Origin: Microcystaceae cyanobacterium
GTDB lineage: Bacteria > Cyanobacteriota > Cyanobacteriia > Cyanobacteriales > Microcystaceae
Direction: 5' to 3'
DNA length: 53,994 bases
NCBI GenBank assembly: GCA_041746575.1
Contig: JBGTGT010000126.1
Span: 1-53,994 of the forward strand
Shown here: in pieces, positions 38,520 through 47,527 of the stretch
Layout: every line of letters starts with the position of its first letter
Numbering within the stretch: position 1 is the stretch's first letter
Notes under the pieces: generated by a model
Told to the model about the DNA's origin: nothing
Databases searched by the model: none
The model's input: only the letters and a program-made list of their open reading frames with translations
Program-made: the position numbers and the translations under genes

Positions 38520-39566
38520 TTACAAGACCTGAAGTAATTTCTCAGATTGTAATCTCAAGCTATCGGGAGAAATTCCGGCACGATGAGCAACGATAACCCC
38601 TAACGCTTCTAAATAAGAAGATACGCTGGTTGCTTTAATTCCTAACGCTTGAGGAAAAACAGACATCACTGTTTCATTTTCTTCAACCGCAATAATGAGG
38701 GTATTTTGTGCCGCAAAACTTAAAATGGCACTACTTCCGCAAGCAGAAGCTGGAATTATCACGCTATTCACCTGATTAGCCCAAATAACATCCGTAACCG
38801 TCGATGACGAGATCAATTGAGGCGCGCGACTTAACCCCACCAAGACACAGGGTAAAAACGTATAACCCAATTCTTCTGCTGCTGAACGGGGGGAAATAGA
38901 GGTTTCTAAGGGTAAAGGCAATAAAGCAGGTGCATGAGCGGAGGGTACCTGAAATTCTCTGACAATTAAATGAGAAATAACGGCTTCTGCTCCTGCAAGG
39001 GCATCCACGCCCAAACCCTGACGGTAATTTTGTAACAAAAGACTCTCTTCATCGTCAGGAAAACGAGCAACCACCGCAATGGCATTAACCCCGCATTGAA
39101 TCAGTTTGTCTGCCGCGCGCAATAAACTATCGGGGTTTTGAATCGTTCCCCAACTGGCACCAGAATTTGCCATTCGTAGTCCTACTGCTAAGGGCGCATC
39201 TGTGACAACATAGTCCCTTATATTTAAGCCCAACGTCGCCTTAGTCGCCTCTGCCGCTTGGAGATGACGTAATTGTAAATCCGGTTCGATGGCATCATCC
39301 AAAACTAAGCCAATCTGATTTTGATAAACGGGTTGTAATCCCCAATCGCCCTGAGCAAATTGATCAAGCGCATATCCTTCCACATAGTACAAGTTTGGGG
39401 CTGACCAATAGAGTTGTGCGCCGTTTAGGACATTGGGATGGGTAATAAGGCGATCGCATATTTGCGTCATCGCCCTAGCGACTGGCATTGCATCCCCTGC
39501 ATAACCTCCGATTTTTGCCCCAATTCCCGTCGGAACGATTAGAACTGATGTATAATGCAAGTCCAT
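38520..39566 (-). CDS. DUF3326 family protein
   Basis: VPTGIGA.IGGYAGDA, THPNVLNGA and AAEELGYTFL motifs. Confidence 0.85.
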   Translation of the reverse strand: MDLHYTSVLIVPTGIGAKIGGYAGDAMPVARAMTQICDRLITHPNVLNGAQLYWSAPNLYYVEGYALDQFAQGDWGLQPVYQNQIGLVLDDAIEPDLQLRHLQAAEATKATLGLNIRDYVVTDAPLAVGLRMANSGASWGTIQNPDSLLRAADKLIQCGVNAIAVVARFPDDEESLLLQNYRQGLGVDALAGAEAVISHLIVREFQVPSAHAPALLPLPLETSISPRSAAEELGYTFLPCVLVGLSRAPQLISSSTVTDVIWANQVNSVIIPASACGSSAILSFAAQNTLIIAVEENETVMSVFPQALGIKATSVSSYLEALGVIVAHRAGISPDSLRLQSEKLLQVL

Positions 39567-40111
39567 GAAGTTTTTTATCCCCTTTTAAAGGTATTTATTC
39601 TTCTTGATTCCCGACTTTCTGGCTGTCTTTACCGATGAAAACGATATTCTTAGTTTGACGTCCCTGCCATGATAAAATTCCAAACGGGAGAGATTAACTT
39701 TCGTTAACCATCCGATTAAAAAATATCATGCTGAATTGTATTGTCAAAGGTGTCAAGGTTGCCTATTGTTAATATTGAGGTTAATAAATTAGCAATCCCC
39801 GTCGAATTTTTTTGAAGCGGTTGTCTAACCGAGACTCAAACTAGGTTCTCGCTGTCTGAGACGTCAGTTTAGAATGCGATCCACTTTGGTTTTTTACTCG
39901 GAATCATGGGTCGTTAAGGTTGATCGCTCTTTATGCGCTAGGCACGAAGAAATTGATTCAACCTCAAGCATTTACCGTCATTCACTAGGTTTTTTTTCCT
40001 ACTTAGTTATAACGGAGAACCTAAACCTTCGTTCAGATTATTAATCTTAATTTAAGGTTTTCATCGTCTAGACCTAGCACAAACCCTCTCAATAATCATA
40101 GGAGAAAAATT

Positions 40112-40423
40112 ATGTCAATTGCTGTTGGAATGGTAGAAACCTTGGGATTTCCTGCCGTCGTAGAAGCCGCAGACGCAATGGTTAAAGCGGCACGGGTGAC
40201 CTTAGTCGGTTACGAAAAAATTGGAAGTGGACGGGTGACCGTGATTGTGCGCGGCGATGTATCTGAAGTCCAAGCCTCCGTTGCGGCAGGAATTGAAGGA
40301 GCCAATCGTGTTAATGGGGGTCAAGTGCTTTCTACCCACATTATTGCTCGTCCCCATGAAAATCTGGAATACGTGCTGCCGATTCGCTATACCGAAGAAG
40401 TTGAGCAATTCCGCGCTTATTAA
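40112..40423 (+). CDS. ccmK2: Carboxysome shell protein CcmK, short form
   Basis: BMC-H domain with KIGS pore loop and short C-terminus. Confidence 0.92.
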   Translation: MSIAVGMVETLGFPAVVEAADAMVKAARVTLVGYEKIGSGRVTVIVRGDVSEVQASVAAGIEGANRVNGGQVLSTHIIARPHENLEYVLPIRYTEEVEQFRAY

Positions 40424-40475
40424 GGCAACTCAAGCCATTATTTCGGTTATAAACTGCACTTTTTAGGAGAAAATT

Positions 40476-40787
40476 ATGTCAATTGCCGTTGGAATGGTAG
40501 AAACCCTTGGGTTTCCTGCCGTTGTAGAAGCTGCAGACGCAATGGTTAAAGCGGCACAGGTGACCTTAGTCGGTTACGAAAAAATTGGAAGTGGACGGGT
40601 GACCGTGATTGTGCGCGGCAATGTATCCGACGTTCAGGCTTCTGTTTCTGCTGGCATCGAAAACGCTCGTCGAGTCAATGGTGGCGAAGTGCTGTCTAAC
40701 CATATCATTGCTCGTCCCCATGAAAACTTGGAATATGTTCTGCCGATTCGTTACACCGAAGAAGTTGAGCAATTCCGCGCTTATTAA
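40476..40787 (+). CDS. ccmK: Carboxysome shell protein CcmK, K1/K2 chimera with R28Q, D49N and E52D
   Basis: The body matches the third copy, while the C-terminus and 3' spacer match the first copy. Confidence 0.9.
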   Translation: MSIAVGMVETLGFPAVVEAADAMVKAAQVTLVGYEKIGSGRVTVIVRGNVSDVQASVSAGIENARRVNGGEVLSNHIIARPHENLEYVLPIRYTEEVEQFRAY

Positions 40788-40839
40788 GGCAACTCAAGCC
40801 ATTATTTCGGTTATAAACTGCACTTTTTAGGAGAAAATT

Positions 40840-41178
40840 ATGTCAATTGCTGTTGGAATGGTAGAAACCCTTGGGTTTCCTGCCGTTGTAGAAGCTGCAG
40901 ACGCAATGGTTAAAGCGGCACGGGTGACCTTAGTCGGTTACGAAAAAATTGGAAGTGGACGGGTGACCGTTATTGTGCGCGGCGATGTATCCGAAGTTCA
41001 GGCTTCTGTTTCTGCTGGCATCGAAAACGCTCGTCGAGTCAACGGTGGCGAAGTGCTGTCTAACCATATCATTGCTCGTCCCCATGAAAATCTGGAATAC
41101 GTTCTGCCGATTCGCTATACCGAAGCCGTAGAACAATTCCGAGATGAGGTCAATCCCCGTCCCCTCAGACGAGTCTAA
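40840..41178 (+). CDS. ccmK1: Carboxysome shell protein CcmK with C-terminal extension
   Basis: BMC-H domain plus a [11 protein letters not shown] extension. Confidence 0.92.
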   Translation: MSIAVGMVETLGFPAVVEAADAMVKAARVTLVGYEKIGSGRVTVIVRGDVSEVQASVSAGIENARRVNGGEVLSNHIIARPHENLEYVLPIRYTEAVEQFRDEVNPRPLRRV

Positions 41179-41202
41179 ACAGCCCCCATCCCCTCATTTA
41201 TA

Positions 41203-41502
41203 ATGCAAATTGCCAAAGTTCGAGGCACTATCGTTAGCACTCACAAAACCCGTAGCTTAACGGGGGTAAAATTTCTGTTGATTCAATATGTGGATGCGGA
41301 AGGAAGCTTACGCCCCGACTATGAAGTTGCCGCCGATACGGTGGGAGCAGGGGTTAATGAGTGGGTGCTGGTTTCACGCGGTAGCGCGGCTCGCATCGAA
41401 AGTGGTTATGATGCCCGTCCCCTTGATGCGATGGTAATCGGCATTATAGATACGGTTACCGTTGAAAATCGTCGTCTTTATGACAAAAAGGATGAAAGAT
41501 AG
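41203..41502 (+). CDS. ccmL: Carboxysome vertex pentamer CcmL
   Basis: MQIAKVRGTIVST, VAADTVGAG..EWVLV.RGSAAR motifs. Confidence 0.95.
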   Translation: MQIAKVRGTIVSTHKTRSLTGVKFLLIQYVDAEGSLRPDYEVAADTVGAGVNEWVLVSRGSAARIESGYDARPLDAMVIGIIDTVTVENRRLYDKKDER

Positions 41503-41545
41503 CCACAAAAAGCCAAAATACTGAAATTAGGAGGACTGAAGCCCC

Positions 41546-43531
41546 ATGGTAGCCCGCAAAATCGAGGCGCCTCCCCCCCCTTGGTCAAAAAATCTGGCAG
41601 AACCCACCATTGACCAGAAAGCCTATGTGCATTCTTTTGCCAATTTGATCGGGGATATCAGCGTCGGTGCAGATGTGGTCATTGCGCCGGGCGCTTCCCT
41701 TCGTGCCGATGAAGGAATGCCCTTTGCGATTGGCGTGGCGAGTCAAATCCAAGACAGCGTAATGATTCGTGGTTTAGCGCCAGGACGAGTGGTAGGGGAT
41801 AACGGCTCAGACTATTCAGTCTGGATTGGCAAGAACGTCTGTGTCGGTCACTTATCCCTGATTCATGGGCCAGCCTATATTGGCGATCGCACCTTTATTG
41901 GCTTTCGTTCTACCCTCTTCAATGCGAGGGTAGGCAAAGATTGTATCGTGATGATGCACGTTCTCATTCAAGATGTAGAGATTCCCCCCGGTAAATATGT
42001 TCCCTCCGGTGCGGTGATCACCCATCAACAACAGGCGGATCATTTACCAGACGTGACGGATAGTGATCGTGAATTAGCTCGTCATTTGATGCAAATGGGA
42101 GATATTCAGCCCCAAAAAGCTCAAGACGCTGAAAAACCCCCTAAGTTAAAGCTCGCTCGTCAAAAATTAGAGCGTTCTATAGAAGTAACTAATCAAGCAG
42201 ATTATACTAACCCGGTGACTAATATGCGTTTAAGTCCAGAAATTGTCCATCAAGTCCGTTCTCTCTTAGCTCAAGGCTATGCCATCGGGGCAGAACACGC
42301 AGATCAGCGTCATTTTCGTACGAAATCTTGGAAAAGCTGTGGACTAATTGAGAGTCAACGAGAAAGCCAAGTATTATCCCAACTGGAAGCTTGGTTACAA
42401 GACTATGAAGGCGAATACGTTCGTTTATTAGGCGTTGATTCCCAAGTTAAGCGCAGGGTAACGGAAGTGGTGATTCAACGCCCCGGCGATACCCCCGGTG
42501 TTCCCTCCAGAGTGACTGCCACCCCCCATTATCAAGAAGCCCCTGCAAGCCATAGTTTAAGCAATGGCAATGGCAAAAGCCACGCCGATGGAGACGGAAT
42601 CGCTCAGTTTCAAGCATTACTGCGCCAAGGGTATAAGGTGAGTACAGAATTTGCCAGCGAACGCCGCTTTAAAACCAATTCTTGGTTGACTGGCCCTACC
42701 ATTTCTAGTGCCAGAGAGTTAGATGGAATTCTCGCAGAGCATGCTACGGAATACGTTCGAGTGCTAGGCATCGACGCCAACGCAAAACGTCGAGTTGCTG
42801 AAATTATTGTGCAACGTCCAACAGAAAATGCCCCACCGAGTCGGAGTAGTAGTGTATCCTCAAGTGTCAGTTCAAACTACAGCAGTTCTGTCAGTGCTAA
42901 CAGTGCTGGCTTGAGCGCGGAAGCCATTGCCCAAGTGCGATCGCTCCTGAGTCAAGGACTAAAAATTGGGACGGAACACGCTGATAAACGCCGCTTTCGG
43001 ACGAAATCATGGAGAACTTGTTCTCCTATCGATAGTAACCGCGAATCAGAAGTCATTCGCCATTTAGAAGCCTGTTTAGCGGAACACCCCGGAGAATACG
43101 TCCGGTTAATCGGGATTGATCCCCATGCCAAACGTCGTATCTTAGAAACGATTATTCAACGCCCCGAAGATGGTGCAACGGTTAAACGCGCAACAACGAC
43201 GGAAGCAACCCCTGCCACCACCCGTTATGGTAATGGGTACAGTAACTATAGTAACGGTGGTAGTCAAAGCAGTTTGGATGCAGAAGCCATTGCCCAAGTG
43301 CGATCGCTCCTGAGTCAAGGACTGAAAATTGGGACGGAACACGCTGATAAACGCCGCTTTCGGACGAAATCATGGAGAACTTGTTCTCCTATCGATAGCA
43401 ACCGCGAATCAGAAGTCATTCGCCATTTAGAAGCCTGTTTAGCGGAACACCCCGGAGAATACGTCCGGTTAATTGGGATTGATCCCGATGCCAAACGTCG
43501 CGTCTTAGAGACAATTATTCAACGTCCTTAA
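41546..43531 (+). CDS. ccmM: Carboxysome assembly protein CcmM (gamma-CA-like domain plus four SSUL domains)
   Basis: Hexapeptide N-domain and four EH/FA..RRF.T.SW...EYVRL.G.D...KRR repeats. Confidence 0.96.
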   Translation: MVARKIEAPPPPWSKNLAEPTIDQKAYVHSFANLIGDISVGADVVIAPGASLRADEGMPFAIGVASQIQDSVMIRGLAPGRVVGDNGSDYSVWIGKNVCVGHLSLIHGPAYIGDRTFIGFRSTLFNARVGKDCIVMMHVLIQDVEIPPGKYVPSGAVITHQQQADHLPDVTDSDRELARHLMQMGDIQPQKAQDAEKPPKLKLARQKLERSIEVTNQADYTNPVTNMRLSPEIVHQVRSLLAQGYAIGAEHADQRHFRTKSWKSCGLIESQRESQVLSQLEAWLQDYEGEYVRLLGVDSQVKRRVTEVVIQRPGDTPGVPSRVTATPHYQEAPASHSLSNGNGKSHADGDGIAQFQALLRQGYKVSTEFASERRFKTNSWLTGPTISSARELDGILAEHATEYVRVLGIDANAKRRVAEIIVQRPTENAPPSRSSSVSSSVSSNYSSSVSANSAGLSAEAIAQVRSLLSQGLKIGTEHADKRRFRTKSWRTCSPIDSNRESEVIRHLEACLAEHPGEYVRLIGIDPHAKRRILETIIQRPEDGATVKRATTTEATPATTRYGNGYSNYSNGGSQSSLDAEAIAQVRSLLSQGLKIGTEHADKRRFRTKSWRTCSPIDSNRESEVIRHLEACLAEHPGEYVRLIGIDPDAKRRVLETIIQRP

Positions 43532-43552
43532 GACATTAACGGTCATTATACC

Positions 43553-43590
43553 CAGTGATCGGTGAATAATCATTGATCACTGCTCTTTTA
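43553..43590 (+). terminator. Stem-loop between ccmM and ccmN (terminator or stabiliser)
   Basis: CAGTGATCGGTGA-ATAA-TCATTGATCACTG followed by CTCTTTT. Confidence 0.45.
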
Positions 43591-43619
43591 TAACCAAACC
43601 ATCATCAAAATCTAAGATA

Positions 43620-44297
43620 ATGCGTCTTCCGGCCATCCACCCTGTACATCAAGCCGATATTTATACAAGTGGTGAAGTCACCCTTCAAGAGAATGTGGTG
43701 GTTGCCTCTGGCGTAATTCTGCAGGCGGCACCTAACTGTCGCATTACCATTGAAGAAAGTGTTTGTTTAGGAATGGGGGTGGTAATTCGGGCATCTGGAG
43801 GCGATATCGTGATTGAATCAGGAGTTGTTCTCGGTGCAGGGGTTTTGGTGGTCGGAGCGGTTAAAATTGGACGAAATACCTGCATTGGTGCGTCCAGTAC
43901 CGTTATGAATACCTCTGTTGATGCTATGATGGTGATTCCTTCGGGATCATTGATGGGAGATACGTCTCGTCAAGTAGCGATTCCTCCTGTTGCAGAATTT
44001 GGTAATATTCCAGCACAAACTGGCAATTCTTCGCAAAATACCCCCACTACTTCCAAAGATTCCCGTTCATCCTCTAACAATAGCCACTCAATTTCTGAAG
44101 ATCCATGGCAAGACCCTTCTTTTGAGTCGATCAGGGTTCAATCTGCAGAAGTGGAAATTAGTCCACCAGAAATTAGGAAATCGGGGACTTCCCAGCCCGT
44201 CGTCGGACAAGTTTATATTAATCAGTTACTATTAAAGTTATTCCCTGAAAGAGAGGCATTTCAACGTTCTCAACAAAATCCCGCTTCAGAGTCCTGA
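43620..44297 (+). CDS. ccmN: Carboxysome assembly protein CcmN
   Basis: Hexapeptide repeats and the C-terminal VVGQVYINQLLLKLFP encapsulation peptide. Confidence 0.92.
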   Translation: MRLPAIHPVHQADIYTSGEVTLQENVVVASGVILQAAPNCRITIEESVCLGMGVVIRASGGDIVIESGVVLGAGVLVVGAVKIGRNTCIGASSTVMNTSVDAMMVIPSGSLMGDTSRQVAIPPVAEFGNIPAQTGNSSQNTPTTSKDSRSSSNNSHSISEDPWQDPSFESIRVQSAEVEISPPEIRKSGTSQPVVGQVYINQLLLKLFPEREAFQRSQQNPASES

Positions 44298-44328
44298 TTA
44301 TCAGATTTCAACATAATAGGCTTTCTAT

Positions 44329-45021
44329 TTAAGTAATGCGACAACTGCCTTTTAAAGGTGTTTGAGATTCAATGATAATTTCCTGAAAGCCAGCTTTTGT
44401 TAGAATATTTTTCACGATACTTTGGGCGTTTTTATTGGCTTTGTCCAAAATACCATTAGCACAGGCTTCAGCTTGAATGATGGCAAGAACTTCTTTTTGA
44501 GCTTTTTCTTGTAACTGGCTTTCTACATTTTTACCCAACCCTCTTTTGTATTGATCAATGGTTCTTGAAGAATGAATATCCAGAAACGTTTCCGCTAGGT
44601 GAGGAGCCGGTAAAAGTAGATGAATTTTACGATGCGCTATATCCAAATTTTTAACCTTTAAATCTTTCATATCAATTCCTGCTTCTATCTGTCCAATTCC
44701 TTCGTAAATTACAGTTGTGTCTCCTATTTTTAAGCGACTAATTTTTCGATCCTGAGTTTTTTTGACAGTTGCTTTAGTTTTTAGACTTGCTGTTCTTAAT
44801 TCGTCCATTTCTTGTAGTCCGCCAATAATTATATTTTGGACTTGAGTTGTCTCTATAGATGGCGGAAATAGCCCCTCTTTAACATTCTGCATCAATTCTT
44901 GAAAGATACGATCAGATTGATTCAGCAAAAGAATGAATATCAATAATCCTGTGATTATTAGAACTAACAAACTTTTGGAATACACTTTAAATATTTGAAA
45001 AATATGGATAGGAGAAATCAT
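44329..45021 (-). CDS. DUF4230 family protein
   Basis: N-terminal TM, G.IEAGID and LP.P motifs, ILDKANKNA. Confidence 0.75.
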   Translation of the reverse strand: MISPIHIFQIFKVYSKSLLVLIITGLLIFILLLNQSDRIFQELMQNVKEGLFPPSIETTQVQNIIIGGLQEMDELRTASLKTKATVKKTQDRKISRLKIGDTTVIYEGIGQIEAGIDMKDLKVKNLDIAHRKIHLLLPAPHLAETFLDIHSSRTIDQYKRGLGKNVESQLQEKAQKEVLAIIQAEACANGILDKANKNAQSIVKNILTKAGFQEIIIESQTPLKGSCRIT

Positions 45022-45463
45022 GGCAATTTAACTCATTAATGGCTTTCATTTTAATTGTATCTTGTTTAAAAAATTTGAGGCAGGTGTTAACGGCACAATT
45101 GCATTATGTTCAATCTGATTGTCAAAACTTAGTTATAAACTGCTTTTTCCCTTCTTCCTACTATCTTTAAAGAAGATTAGGTAAACCGGATTTTACGCCT
45201 CATAATTGACGGTAAAAAGCCTTATCCGCGTTATTGTTAAACCTCGTGACGTTAATCTGAGAGTCGGCAAAGATTGCTTAATCTCCATCGCTGATGGTTT
45301 AATATTTGTTATACTATTTTTCAAAAATAATAAAAGCCTTAGTTAAGAGGTCGTTTTCTTTATCTGTTCCCCGTTCCCTGTTACCTCACTCTATCAATCT
45401 CTCTTAGTAATTTAAAAATTGGCATTTAGCTACCTTAGACATACACGATTTAATTAATTATCA

Positions 45464-46282
45464 ATGAATCCTATCTTAAATTCTGACTATATTCACGGTT
45501 ATAAAACCTCTGAGCAATATCGCTTAATTCGACAAGCCAATTATTGGAAAGATACCCTCATTTTACGTAATTTTGACTGTCAATCTGGAGAAAATTTATT
45601 AGAAATTGGCTGTGGCGCGGGAGCAGTTTTAGGCGTTTTAGGACAAGCTTTCTCTAGTTTACAGCTAGCAGGAATTGATTTACAAGCCGAGCAAATTGAA
45701 TTTGCTCATCGTCATCTTCATCATTTGGGATTATCAGATATTACGCTAAAAGTAGGGTCAATTGAACAACTTCCTTGGTCAGATTATCAGTTCAATTATG
45801 TTTATGGCATTTGGATATTAGAACATATTAAAGATCCCATTCCCTCGCTCAGAGAAGCTTACCGAGTGTTAAAACCGGAAGGAAGAATCATCCTTAATGA
45901 AACAGATATCATGACATTGCTATTATACCCTGATTCTCTTGATTATCAATATCTGCAACAGGCTCTTTGGGACTTATTAGCACAGGCGGGGAATCCTTAT
46001 ATTGGCAGAAGACTCAGTTATCTTTTAGAAAAAACGGGATTTCAAGACATCGAAATTCAGCCGTGGGGGTTTCATTTCGTTAAGCAAGACTTGCAGGATT
46101 TTATTGAATATGTGAATGAATGGTTAACTCCCATTTTACCTCAAATGATAGAAAAGTTAGGAAAAGATGAGTTACGCTTAGAATCAGGATTAAAATTTTT
46201 TAGAAATCTGCCTAATCATCCCGATAGTGCCGCAACACTTGTGGTCTATCGAGCAGAAGGGAGAAAACTGAGAGAAACCTAA
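45464..46282 (+). CDS. Class I SAM-dependent methyltransferase
   Basis: LLEIGCGAG, GIDL and RVLKPEG motifs. Confidence 0.9.
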   Translation: MNPILNSDYIHGYKTSEQYRLIRQANYWKDTLILRNFDCQSGENLLEIGCGAGAVLGVLGQAFSSLQLAGIDLQAEQIEFAHRHLHHLGLSDITLKVGSIEQLPWSDYQFNYVYGIWILEHIKDPIPSLREAYRVLKPEGRIILNETDIMTLLLYPDSLDYQYLQQALWDLLAQAGNPYIGRRLSYLLEKTGFQDIEIQPWGFHFVKQDLQDFIEYVNEWLTPILPQMIEKLGKDELRLESGLKFFRNLPNHPDSAATLVVYRAEGRKLRET

Positions 46283-46702
46283 AATTAATTAGGATTAAAA
46301 TATCGCTCTTTTAGAGTCATTAGCAATCTTATTTAAAGTACCAATAAAGACTAATATGAGGAAGCGATCGCTAATCTTTACGATAGAAGTTCAAGACTGG
46401 ATGTGAACAATTTGTATATGACGGTTGGGAGAAAAGGCTTTTGTAAAAATAAACTCGCTGTAATCTGCTAAATTATCCAAACCAAGAAGATTCAGGAGAA
46501 TTTCTGCAAGCAACCATACCGCTAATTTGGTAATTAATTGATTGGACAGCGTAATCATGGTAAATTCTCCTAATATGACAACTTGCTGGAATGAATAAAT
46601 AACACGCTCAAATTGACCTTATTGATGTATCGAAGATTTCTACTTTTTGAACGCAGAAGTTTTAAAACGTTGTCGATAGATGATAGATTCAGTGTAAAAC
46701 TC

Positions 46703-46912
46703 TTAACTAAAAACGGGAATAACGTCGTTGATAACAGATGATTGAGAATAAACATAAGGAATACCCCGATAGGTTAAGTTTGCTTTAGGCGTAACGGTTA
46801 AAATCGTATAATGTTGATAAGATTGACCTCGATAGATAAAACGTTTTTCAGGATTAACAGAAGCAACGGTTTTAGAAGAAGGGTAAGCGTGTCCACGATA
46901 GGTTAAGTTCAT
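46703..46912 (-). CDS. DUF4278-like small protein
   Basis: Three (L/F)xYRG..Y repeats. GAGG RBS. Confidence 0.75.
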   Translation of the reverse strand: MNLTYRGHAYPSSKTVASVNPEKRFIYRGQSYQHYTILTVTPKANLTYRGIPYVYSQSSVINDVIPVFS

Positions 46913-47034
46913 TTTGAATGTCCTCTAAGGGGTTGTTATTTGCTTTGCTATTATCTTCGCTGAATGATTGAATTGTTACCAGTTAACTTTAGGAACTTAA
47001 GCAAGAACTTAAGATAAGTTAGAAAGGAAAAGAT

Positions 47035-47244
47035 CTAACTAAAAGAAAAGTTAAAGTTTTTCAGGTTAGAAGGCTCAGGCTGAATACAAGGAATCCCTCG
47101 ATAGGTTAAGTTTGCTTTAGGCGTAACCGCAATAGAAGCCGAACGTTGATAAGATTGACCTCGATAGGTAAAACGTTTTTCAGTATTCACAGAAGCCGTT
47201 TTGTGAGAGGCAGTGTAAACTTGTCCGCGATAGGTAAGTTGCAT
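47035..47244 (-). CDS. DUF4278-like small protein, tandem paralogue
   Basis: Three (L/F)TYRG repeats. AAGGAG RBS. Confidence 0.75.
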   Translation of the reverse strand: MQLTYRGQVYTASHKTASVNTEKRFTYRGQSYQRSASIAVTPKANLTYRGIPCIQPEPSNLKNFNFSFS

Positions 47245-47527
47245 GGTGTTTTCTCCTTTGCTTTTTTCTTGATGCTTACAGTATGTCTGAAAGTCTCAGC
47301 CAAAAAAATCCCGTTTTCGTCGGGAAAGTTCAGGAAAAATGTCAGGTTTTGTCAGGTGTTATACCCATGCTCATGAGGTTGACGATAAACGATTCATCGT
47401 CTTCCAGCGTTTTGCGACACGATAGGGTACATTATTAATGGTCAGGATGCAAGGTTTGCGCCCAGAGATGTATGATGTTAACCAGTAATTTGCTATATTT
47501 TTGGGTATTGGTGTTACTTTTAACCGT

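Noticed and set aside
40202..41136. Repeated alternative-frame and antisense ORFs across the ccmK copies
   Set aside because: They recur only because the ccmK DNA is triplicated.
47245..47420. Glutamine (glnA) riboswitch upstream of the DUF4278-like genes
   Set aside because: The conserved CGGAAGTA...GAAGGAACG-type core could not be found on the minus strand.
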